Assembly: GCA_964631365.1 (NCBI GenBank)
Contig: CAZVZW010000003.1
Coordinates: forward strand, 1 to 41,002
Direction of reading: 5' to 3'
Length of the DNA: 41,002 nt
DNA from: an uncultured Chloroflexota bacterium
GTDB lineage: Bacteria > Chloroflexota > UBA11872 > VXNJ01
The notes beneath the pieces were generated by a model. The model was not told where the DNA came from and made no database searches. It saw only the letters and a list, made by a program, of their open reading frames with translations. How positions within the stretch are numbered: the stretch's first letter is position 1; each line of letters opens with the position of its first letter. Below, in pieces: positions 6,970 through 15,042 of the stretch. A program made the position numbers and the translations under genes.

Positions 6970-8886
6970 ATGAGAGCATTGAAAACATTGAGTCGACGAC
7001 GGCTCATTCAGGGCAGCCTGGTGGGTGGCGTAGGGGCGATCGCCCTGGCCGCCTGTGGCGAGACCGAGGAAGTCGTCCGAGAAGTCCCGGTCGAGGTCGT
7101 CAAAGAAGTCCAGGTCGCGGGCGAGACCATCGTTGAGAAGGTCGAGGTAGAAGTCCCGGTTGACCGTATTGTCACGGTCAAAGAGGAAGTCGTCCGAGAA
7201 GTCCCGGTCGAGGTCATCCGCGAGGTCGAGGTCGAAAAGGTCGTCGAAGTCGAAGTGATGGTCGGCGGCGCGGACGCGCCGGACGACGTCTTCTCGATCG
7301 GGCCGATCACCGCGGTGCGCATGGGCGCGGCGCGCGATGTGACCCCGTGGAACCCGCGACGTGGGGGGACTATCACCCATGGCTCGCCGTCGAGCATCAA
7401 CAATCTTGACCCGCTGCACATGCCGGACGGCTGGTCGCTGATGGCCGGCGGACAGCCGTTGTACGACGGGCTGATCGCCTACGGCCCCGGGGCGACGTTG
7501 CAGCCCTGGCTGGCCGATAGCTGGGAAATTTCCGACGACCTCATGACCTACACCTTCCACCTGCGCCAGGACGTGAAGTTCCACGATGGGACTCCGTTCA
7601 ACGCGGCGGCGGCGGTGTTCAACTTTGAGCTCTGGATGGACCCGGCCAACACCCCGGGCGCGGTGGCCAACGTGGCCTCGCAGATCGAGCGGGTGGAAGC
7701 TTCCGACGAGTTCACGCTGGTGATCACGCTGAACGCCCTCAACGTGTTCTTCATGAACGACCTAGTGGCCAACCAGGGCGGGGTTGTGTTTGCGTCGCCG
7801 GCGGCGATCGAGGAGTTCGGCGAAGACCTGACCCGGAACCCGGTCGGCACCGGCCCGTTCAAGTTCAGGGAGTGGAAAGAGAACCTGTCGCTGACACTGG
7901 ACCGGTTCGACGACTACAACTGGGGCCCGCCCTGGGCGCGCAACCGTGGCCCGGCCTACCCGGACACATTCATATCGTTTGAGATGACCGATGTGGCGTC
8001 GAAGATGGCGGCCTTCGAGGCCGGTGAAGTGGGCTTCATGCAGCACTTCAGCCTGACCGAGTTGCAGCCATTCTTTTCCGACCCGGGCACGGCGATCCAC
8101 CTGCACCTGATTCCGGGGCAGCCGTGGTACCTACAGACGAACGCCTCACTGTTTCCGACCGACGACGTGATCGTGCGCCGGGCGCTGATCCACGCGGTCG
8201 ATCGCGGCACGGTGACCCGTGGCGTGACGCTCGGTTTCGGAGCCCTCGCCGGCAGCCTGCTGGTACCGGGCACGGTGGGCTTCAACCCCGAACTGGAAGG
8301 CATGTACGAGTTCGACATCGCCAAGGCCAACAAGCTGCTTGACGATGCCGGCTACCTGCGCGCCGAGGATGGGTTCCGCTATACGCAGGACGGCCAACTG
8401 CTGGAAGTGGACTTCCCGGACACGCCGAACCCGTTCTCGCAGCCTTACAAGCTGAACATTGAGAACGCGATCGGCATCTCGGTGATCACGCCCAACATTG
8501 AGTGGGGCACGGCGGTCGAGGGCTACCTGGTGGGCAAGCACACCCACAAGTGGCAGGGCGGAGTCGGCGTGGAGGGCGGCGTTGTAATGAACACCGTCTA
8601 CCACTCGGACAACTTCGGCGTACCGGGCAACCGGGCGTTCACGTGGTACTACGACGACGTTCTGGACGGCCTGCTAGATCAGGTGAAGCAGGAGCCGGAT
8701 GTCGAGAAGCGTGCCGAGATCACGAACAAGGCCCACACCATCTTGATGGATCAGGCCCTTGGAATCCCGCTGGTGGAATGGGGCAGCCTGTTCCCGACGA
8801 ACACCAGCCTGGTCGGCGGCAGCGTGTTCCACGGAATCTCGCAGACGCCGTACACCTTCGACCTGTACTCGACGGACGAGGGATAG
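6970..8886 (+). CDS. ABC transporter substrate-binding lipoprotein, family 5 (peptide/nickel/opine type)
   Basis: ORF 6970..8886 with SD GGGAGGA 7 nt upstream. Tat-like SRRRLIQ signal plus lipobox LAAC (Cys codon 7054-7056), then a V/E-rich repeat linker, then a long family-5 binding-protein body. Confidence 0.9.
   Translation: MRALKTLSRRRLIQGSLVGGVGAIALAACGETEEVVREVPVEVVKEVQVAGETIVEKVEVEVPVDRIVTVKEEVVREVPVEVIREVEVEKVVEVEVMVGGADAPDDVFSIGPITAVRMGAARDVTPWNPRRGGTITHGSPSSINNLDPLHMPDGWSLMAGGQPLYDGLIAYGPGATLQPWLADSWEISDDLMTYTFHLRQDVKFHDGTPFNAAAAVFNFELWMDPANTPGAVANVASQIERVEASDEFTLVITLNALNVFFMNDLVANQGGVVFASPAAIEEFGEDLTRNPVGTGPFKFREWKENLSLTLDRFDDYNWGPPWARNRGPAYPDTFISFEMTDVASKMAAFEAGEVGFMQHFSLTELQPFFSDPGTAIHLHLIPGQPWYLQTNASLFPTDDVIVRRALIHAVDRGTVTRGVTLGFGALAGSLLVPGTVGFNPELEGMYEFDIAKANKLLDDAGYLRAEDGFRYTQDGQLLEVDFPDTPNPFSQPYKLNIENAIGISVITPNIEWGTAVEGYLVGKHTHKWQGGVGVEGGVVMNTVYHSDNFGVPGNRAFTWYYDDVLDGLLDQVKQEPDVEKRAEITNKAHTILMDQALGIPLVEWGSLFPTNTSLVGGSVFHGISQTPYTFDLYSTDEG
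7066..7215 (+). repeat. Perfect 33-bp in-frame direct repeat (7066-7098 and 7183-7215) inside the V/E-rich linker
   Basis: GAGGAAGTCGTCCGAGAAGTCCCGGTCGAGGTC occurs twice, 117 nt (39 codons) apart. Each copy encodes EEVVREVPVEV. Confidence 0.95.
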
Positions 8887-8937
8887 GGAACGTTCGGTAG
8901 ATAGGATCAAGTAACCCGGAACTGATCAGGCGCAGAC

Positions 8938-9885
8938 GTGGCCAAATACCTTGCATTGCGACTCCTGGCGGCCATACCAGTGCTGCTGGGAGTGCTAGTC
9001 ATCGTGTTTGTCCTGCTGCGCCTGATCCCGGGTGATCCGGTCGATATCATTTTTTCCGGCCGCGGCGCGGGCGCCTCAAGCGCGCGCACGACCGGTGATG
9101 CAGTGGAGCGGTTGCGGGAGGCCTATCACCTGGATCGCTCGATCCCGGTGCAGTTCCTGTACTACCTGCGTGACGTCGTCACCGGCGATTTCGGCCGCTC
9201 CTTTCGTACCAACATCCAGGTCGGCGACCTGATCAAGGAACTCTTCCCACAGACCCTGCAACTGACCATGGCGGGGATGGGAGTGGCGCTTTTTGTCGGG
9301 ATCCTGGCCGGGGTGATCTCGGCGATCCGCCACCATACGTGGGTCGACTATGTGGGCCAGTTCGTGGCGGTCTTTGGCGTCTCCATCCCGGACTTCTTTT
9401 TCGGGCTGGTCATGATCTTCATCTTCAGCATATGGGCTGGCTGGCTCCCGGCGATCAGCGGTGACAAACCCATCGGCCTCATCATGCCCGCGATCACCCT
9501 GGGAGTTAGCTCGGCGGCCATCCTGGCCCGCCTAACGCGATCTTCGATGCTGGATGTGATGAGCCGGGATTTTATTCGCACCGCCCGCGCCAAGGGCCTC
9601 AAAGAGGGCAAGGTAGTTTGGCGCCATGCGTTTCAGAACGCCCTCATTCCGGTAATCACGATTGTGGGCCTGCAGTTCGGCAGCCTGCTAACCGGCGCGA
9701 TCGTCGTCGAGGTTGTGTTCACCCGGCAGGGCCTGGGATTCGAACTTGTGAATGCGGTGGTCACACGCAACTACCCGGTGGTGCAGGCGCTGGTAATGAT
9801 GGCATCGCTCGTGTACGTGGTCATGAATATTCTCGTCGATACCCTCTACACCTACGTCGATCCGCGCGTGCGGATTCAAACGTAG
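8938..9885 (+). CDS. ABC transporter permease (DppB/OppB-like)
   Basis: ORF 8938..9885 with GTG start. Conserved loop IRTARAKGLKEGKVVWRHAFQNAL. Confidence 0.9.
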   Translation: MAKYLALRLLAAIPVLLGVLVIVFVLLRLIPGDPVDIIFSGRGAGASSARTTGDAVERLREAYHLDRSIPVQFLYYLRDVVTGDFGRSFRTNIQVGDLIKELFPQTLQLTMAGMGVALFVGILAGVISAIRHHTWVDYVGQFVAVFGVSIPDFFFGLVMIFIFSIWAGWLPAISGDKPIGLIMPAITLGVSSAAILARLTRSSMLDVMSRDFIRTARAKGLKEGKVVWRHAFQNALIPVITIVGLQFGSLLTGAIVVEVVFTRQGLGFELVNAVVTRNYPVVQALVMMASLVYVVMNILVDTLYTYVDPRVRIQT

Positions 9886-9907
9886 CCGGCCGTGGGCTGA
9901 CGGGCCG

Positions 9908-10888
9908 ATGATACTGGGACTTTCGCAGGCGTCGTATCGCTGGGTCGCCTACCCGGGGCTGCGCATCGATCAGCCGGAGTACGGCTTTCGCGGCATGCCC
10001 TTCCCCTACGGCAGCACTACCGGGGGCCTGCGCGAGTTTGACGACAACATCGGCTGGTGGCTGGATCGCTGCGCCGAGTGGGACCTGGAAGTTCTGTACC
10101 TGGCTATGAGCTGGTTCAAGGACGAGGCGGCGGTGGTGGCGAACGCCCGGGAGATGGCCCGGCGCGGGATCGATTGGATCGGCTCGGTGAGCGGGGCCTG
10201 GGCGGTGCCGGAGGAAGAGTGGCCGGAATGCCGGGCAGAGGCGCGCCGGAAACTGGAGTTGGCGGCGGCGGCGGGAATGAAGACGACCGTGATCGTGAAC
10301 GCCGACCCGCCGGGCGCCGAGGGCCAGCCGGTGCCGAACGGCGGGCTGCGCTTCGGGCACTTCAGCCGCGAGATCGCGATCGACCAGCAAATTGAGAACA
10401 TGATCCGCAACCTGGGCGAGTTCGTGGCGGTGGCCGAGGAATGCGGAGTGCGGCTGGCCTACGAAAATCACATGGACTACCGGATCAGCGAATTGGTGGA
10501 GGTGGTGGAGGGGGTGGACTCGCCGTGGCTGGGTATCTGCTACGACTTCGCCAACAGCTATTCGGTGGTGGAAGACCAGCTGCAGGCGGCGCACCGGGCG
10601 GCGCCCTACACGCTGGTGACCCACGTGAAGGACATGCGGGTGCAGTCGATCACCACCACCGGCGAGCCGCGCTTTTTCCTGACCCCGATCGGGTACGGCG
10701 ACGTGGAGGTGGCAGAGATATTTGAGGTCCTGCAACAGGGGGCACCGGACGCGGACAACCTGCCCAATTGCGCGTCGCCGCCGTGCCTGCCGGAGTTCGA
10801 TCCGCAACTCTGGATGAAGTTGAGCGTGGAGTGGCTGGGGGCGAACTGCGCGGGGTACTTCCCGAGACGTTTTCAAACGGCGGCGTGA
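9908..10888 (+). CDS. Xylose-isomerase-like TIM-barrel protein (sugar phosphate isomerase/epimerase family), paralogue A1
   Basis: ORF 9908..10888. Motif order AYENH ... YDFAN ... THVKD. At the position where A2, A3 and A4 have C-x-E, it has C-A-S (Ser codon 10775-10777). Confidence 0.8.
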   Translation: MILGLSQASYRWVAYPGLRIDQPEYGFRGMPFPYGSTTGGLREFDDNIGWWLDRCAEWDLEVLYLAMSWFKDEAAVVANAREMARRGIDWIGSVSGAWAVPEEEWPECRAEARRKLELAAAAGMKTTVIVNADPPGAEGQPVPNGGLRFGHFSREIAIDQQIENMIRNLGEFVAVAEECGVRLAYENHMDYRISELVEVVEGVDSPWLGICYDFANSYSVVEDQLQAAHRAAPYTLVTHVKDMRVQSITTTGEPRFFLTPIGYGDVEVAEIFEVLQQGAPDADNLPNCASPPCLPEFDPQLWMKLSVEWLGANCAGYFPRRFQTAA

Positions 10889-10913
10889 TGCACACCAACT
10901 GGAGCGGCAAGAA

Positions 10914-11900
10914 ATGAGACTGGGACTGTCACAAGCGGCGTACCGCTGGGTATCCTACCCGGGCCTGCGGATCGACCAGCCGGAGTACGGGTTTCGCGGC
11001 ATGGCTCATCCGTACGGCACGGTGACCGATGGCCCGGTGAGCATGGACGAGGCGCCGGTGGAGTGGTGGGCGGATCGCTGCGACGAGTGGCACCTGGATT
11101 CGCTGTACATGGCGACCTCCTGGTTTACGACCGAGGCGCAGTACAAGGCAGCGGCAACGACGCTGGCGGACCGGAATATCGAATGGATCGGCTCCCTGGG
11201 GATGGCCTGGGCGCTGGAGCCAGACGAGTGGCCGGCGATCCTGGACGACGCCACCTTCGCGCTGGAGCAGATGCAGGGCGTGGGCGTGACGATGACGGCG
11301 ATGGTCAACACTGATCCGCCGGGGGCCGAGGGGCAGCCGGTGCCGAACGGCGGGTTGCGCTTCGGACACTTCAGCCGGGAGATCCCGATGGCCCGGCAGA
11401 TCGAAAACCTGACCCGCAACCTGTCCGAACTGGTGAAGGTGGCGGAGAAGACGGGGATCGTACTGGCCTTCGAAAACCACATGGACTACCGCATCAGCGA
11501 GATCGTGCAGGTGGTGGAGGCCGTCGACTCGCCGTGGCTGCGGATCAACTACGACTTCGCCAATTGCTACTCGGTGGTGGAAGACCAGGTGGAGGCGGCG
11601 CACCTTGCGGCGCCCTACACGGTGATGTCGCACATCAAGGACATGCGGGTGCAGTCGATCACCACCACCGGCGAGCCGAAGTTTTTCCACGCGCCGCTGG
11701 GCTACGGCAACGTGGAGATACCGGAGATCCTGGAGATCCTGCAGCAGGGCTCGCCGGAGCCGGATTCGATTTCGCACTGCATCGAGACCTGCTGCCTGCC
11801 CGAGTACGACCCGCAGCTGTGGATGAAGCTGAGCATCGAGTTCCTGGAGACCGAATGCGCGCAGTATTTCAAATCGCGTCCGCCCGTGAACGCTTCGTGA
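10914..11900 (+). CDS. Xylose-isomerase-like TIM-barrel protein, paralogue A2
   Basis: ORF 10914..11900. Roughly two-thirds identical to A1 by eye. Motifs AFENH ... YDFAN ... SHIKD ... CIE (Glu codon 11784-11786). Confidence 0.8.
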   Translation: MRLGLSQAAYRWVSYPGLRIDQPEYGFRGMAHPYGTVTDGPVSMDEAPVEWWADRCDEWHLDSLYMATSWFTTEAQYKAAATTLADRNIEWIGSLGMAWALEPDEWPAILDDATFALEQMQGVGVTMTAMVNTDPPGAEGQPVPNGGLRFGHFSREIPMARQIENLTRNLSELVKVAEKTGIVLAFENHMDYRISEIVQVVEAVDSPWLRINYDFANCYSVVEDQVEAAHLAAPYTVMSHIKDMRVQSITTTGEPKFFHAPLGYGNVEIPEILEILQQGSPEPDSISHCIETCCLPEYDPQLWMKLSIEFLETECAQYFKSRPPVNAS

Positions 11901-12940
11901 ACCCGGAATCGAGTGTCGCCGTGCTAACTCCGGACGCCCCGTTGGAGGCGATCGGCCCGGGTGGGCCGGGACGCTTCAAGGTGCTGATCACCGGGGTGTT
12001 CCTGCCGCACACCGAAATGGAAATCGCGGCGCTGGCGGACATCGCCGACGTGGTCGTCAATCGGGAGCCGAGGCGAGATGAGTTGCTGGCGCTGGTGGCG
12101 GATGTGGACGCGCTGATGGTGGATATCTCGCCGGTGGACGCCGAGTTGCTGGAACACGCGCCGCGGCTGAAGGCGGTGGTCATGTACGGGGTGGGGACGG
12201 ACCACATCGACGGCGTGGCGGCGGCGGCGCGCGGCGTAGTGGTGTCGAATACACCGGAGGCGTTTTCGACCGACGTGGCCGAGCACGCGATGGCGTTGCT
12301 GCTGGCGCTTTCGCGCGGGGTCGGCAAGGCCAACGCCGAGATACGTACGCGACGCGAGTGGGACCCCTACGGCGCGGGCCACGCACCGGTGCGGTTGCAC
12401 GGCAAGACGCTGGGGTTGATCGGGATCGGGCGGATCGGCCGCGAGACCGCGCGGATCGCGGCCGGGCTCGGCATGCGGCTCCTGGCCTATGACCCCTATG
12501 TTGATCGAGCCGGGTTCCGGCGGCTGCCGGGAGTGGCGATGGAGTTCTGCGACGACCTGGCGGCGCTGCTGGCCGAGGCCGACGCCGTTAGCCTGCACGT
12601 GCCGCTGACGGAGGAGACGCGGCGGCTGATCGGGAAGCCGGAACTGGAAGCGATGAAGCCGGGGGCGTTCCTGGTGAACGTCTCGCGGGGCGCGCTGATC
12701 GATCTGCCGGCGCTGCGGGAAGCCCTGGAAGGCGGCCGGCTGGGCGGGGCGGGGCTGGATGTGTTTGTGCCCGAGCCGCCCGACTGGGACGACCCGCTGT
12801 TGGTGGCGCCGAACCTGGTGCTGACGCCGCACATGGGCTGGCGGTCGGACCTGTCGGAATTGGAAGTCGAGATGGGGGCAGTGGCGGAAGTCCGGCGGAT
12901 CTTGCTGGGTGAGGGGCCGAAGTTCCGGGTGAACGGATGA
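11897..12940 (+). CDS. D-isomer-specific 2-hydroxyacid dehydrogenase (phosphoglycerate-dehydrogenase-like)
   Basis: The real gene is the 3' part of ORF 11534..12940. GTG 11897 overlaps the upstream stop (GTGA); GTG 11921 is an alternative. NAD site GLIGIGRIGRE; motifs NVSRG, LDVF.PEP, TPHMGW. Confidence 0.8.
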   Translation: MNPESSVAVLTPDAPLEAIGPGGPGRFKVLITGVFLPHTEMEIAALADIADVVVNREPRRDELLALVADVDALMVDISPVDAELLEHAPRLKAVVMYGVGTDHIDGVAAAARGVVVSNTPEAFSTDVAEHAMALLLALSRGVGKANAEIRTRREWDPYGAGHAPVRLHGKTLGLIGIGRIGRETARIAAGLGMRLLAYDPYVDRAGFRRLPGVAMEFCDDLAALLAEADAVSLHVPLTEETRRLIGKPELEAMKPGAFLVNVSRGALIDLPALREALEGGRLGGAGLDVFVPEPPDWDDPLLVAPNLVLTPHMGWRSDLSELEVEMGAVAEVRRILLGEGPKFRVNG

Positions 12941-15042
12941 GCGGCGGGGTGCGCATCGGCATCGACACCGGTGGGACCTTCACCGACTTGGTGGTGATGG
13001 ACGAGGCGACCGGCGAGGTGGTGGTGGTGAAACGGCCCTCGACGCCGGGCGATCCGAGCGAGGCGATCCTGGACGCGCTGCTGCGCTCGGAGGTGCGGCC
13101 GGAGGCGATCGAGACGCTGGTGCTGGGGACGACGGTGGCGGTAAACGCGCTGCTGCAACGCACCGGGGCGCGGGTGATCTACGTGGCGACCGACGGGCTG
13201 CAGGATGTGCCGTTCCTGCAACGGGTGAGCCGCAAGTTCCACTACGACCTTTCCTGGGAGCGCCCGCTGCCGCTGGTGCGCCGCAACGATTGCCTGGGGG
13301 TGGTGGAGCGGGTGGATTACCTGGGTCGGGTGGTGGATCCGCTGGAGCCGGCGGCGCTGGAAAAGCTGAGTGCGGACCTGCGGGAGCGGCTGGCGGAAGA
13401 CCCGGACGCGGACGTGACGGTGGCGGTGAACTTCCTGTTCTCGTACGTGCGACCGGAGCACGAGCGGATTGTGCGCGATTACCTGTCGGCGGAGTTCCCG
13501 GACCTGCTGGTGTCGGTGTCCAACGAGGTGGCGCCGATCTGGCGCGAGTACGAACGGGCCAGTACCACGCTGGCGGATGCCTACGTGCGGCCGCTGGTGG
13601 CGCGGTTCGTGGCGCGGATGCAGGATAAGTTGCGCGACTTCGGCTTCGCGAAGCCCTGGGCGCTGATGAAGTCGAACGGCGGACAGCTGCTGGCCGAGGC
13701 GGCGGCGCAACGCCCGGTGCACACCCTGCTGTCGGGGCTGTCGGGCGGGGTGATCGCCGGTCAGCACTACGGCGAGCTACTGGGCGACCGGGACGTGATC
13801 ACCTTCGATATGGGCGGCACCAGCGCGGATGTGGGGGTGGTGGCGGACGGGCATATCGGTTACACGACCGAGTGGGAACTGGAGTTCAGCCTGCCGGTGT
13901 CGGCGCCGTTTATCGAGATGACGACGATGGGGGCCGGCGGCGGCTCGATCGCCTGGATCGACAAGGGCGGGTTCTTGAAGGTGGGGCCGCAGAGCGCCGG
14001 TGCGGAGCCCGGTCCGGCCTGCTACGGGCTGGGCGGGACCGAGCCGACGATCACCGACGCGAACGTGGTGTTGGGACGGCTGAACGCGGAGAACTTCCTG
14101 GGCGGGGAGATGAAGCTCGACGCCGGGCGGGCGCAGGACGCGGTGGCGGGGATCGCGCAGCGGCTGGGAATCGCGCCGGAGCGGGCGGCGCAGGCGATCA
14201 TTGAAGTGGCCAACGAGAACGTGGCCGAGGCGATGCGGCAGTTGACGGTGCGACGCGGGCTGGACCCGCGCGATTTCACGCTGGTGGCGTTCGGCGGGGC
14301 GGGTCCGTTGCACGCCGCCGCGATTGCGCGAGCGGTGGGGGCGCGGCGGGTGATAGTGCCGCCGCACCCGGGGCTCAGCTCGGCGTTCGGCACGCTGCTG
14401 GCGGACATGCGAGTGGACAAGACCTGGACCCACATCGTGCGCTCGGACGGGATCGACGCACCGGCGATCGACACCCGGATGGCGGAACTGGAGGAGGAGG
14501 CGGTGGCGGAACTGCGCGAGGAGGGCTTCGGCGGCGAGCCGGCGGTGCGGCACTCGAGCAACATGCGCTACCTGGGGCAGAACTATGAGGAAGAGATCGA
14601 CATGCGGCCGGGCGAGATCGACGACGCGGCGATGGCGGCGCTGGTGGAGTCGTTTCACGCCCACCACGAGACTACTTACGGCTACCGGATCGCCGGCGAG
14701 GTGATCGAGATCGTGCGTTTCAACGTGACGGTGGGGGGCGCGGCGTCGCGGCCGACGCTGCCGAAGCTGGAAGTGGGGCCGGCGGCCGAGCCGCGGGCGT
14801 TCCGCGAGGTGATCTTCCCTGACACCGGGGTGGTGCGCTGCCCGATCTACGAGCGCGAGGACCTGCGCCCGGGCCAGGTGCTGGAGGGGCCGGCGGTGGC
14901 GGAGGAACTGGATTCGACGACGCTGCTGCATCCGGGCGACACGCTGACGGTGAGCGAGCGGGGGCTGGCGCTGATCGAGTTTGGCGAGGACGCCGCGATG
15001 GCGGCCACCGGGGCGACCTACGCGAAGGCGGGGTCCCGATGA
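12937..15042 (+). CDS. Hydantoinase/oxoprolinase family protein, A-type subunit (HyuA-like), copy 1
   Basis: ORF 12937..15042 with ATGA overlap to the upstream gene. N-terminus IGIDTGGTFTDLV and a length of about 700 aa are typical of N-methylhydantoinase A, 5-oxoprolinase and acetone carboxylase beta. Confidence 0.9.
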   Translation: MSGGVRIGIDTGGTFTDLVVMDEATGEVVVVKRPSTPGDPSEAILDALLRSEVRPEAIETLVLGTTVAVNALLQRTGARVIYVATDGLQDVPFLQRVSRKFHYDLSWERPLPLVRRNDCLGVVERVDYLGRVVDPLEPAALEKLSADLRERLAEDPDADVTVAVNFLFSYVRPEHERIVRDYLSAEFPDLLVSVSNEVAPIWREYERASTTLADAYVRPLVARFVARMQDKLRDFGFAKPWALMKSNGGQLLAEAAAQRPVHTLLSGLSGGVIAGQHYGELLGDRDVITFDMGGTSADVGVVADGHIGYTTEWELEFSLPVSAPFIEMTTMGAGGGSIAWIDKGGFLKVGPQSAGAEPGPACYGLGGTEPTITDANVVLGRLNAENFLGGEMKLDAGRAQDAVAGIAQRLGIAPERAAQAIIEVANENVAEAMRQLTVRRGLDPRDFTLVAFGGAGPLHAAAIARAVGARRVIVPPHPGLSSAFGTLLADMRVDKTWTHIVRSDGIDAPAIDTRMAELEEEAVAELREEGFGGEPAVRHSSNMRYLGQNYEEEIDMRPGEIDDAAMAALVESFHAHHETTYGYRIAGEVIEIVRFNVTVGGAASRPTLPKLEVGPAAEPRAFREVIFPDTGVVRCPIYEREDLRPGQVLEGPAVAEELDSTTLLHPGDTLTVSERGLALIEFGEDAAMAATGATYAKAGSR

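Noticed and set aside
7066-7215. Checked whether the short direct repeats (7066-7215, 5471-5490, 16860-16900) could be a CRISPR array or other repeat-spacer structure.
   Set aside because: There are only two to three copies each. Two of the three are in-frame coding repeats, the third is a 10-nt intergenic tandem, and no cas genes are present.
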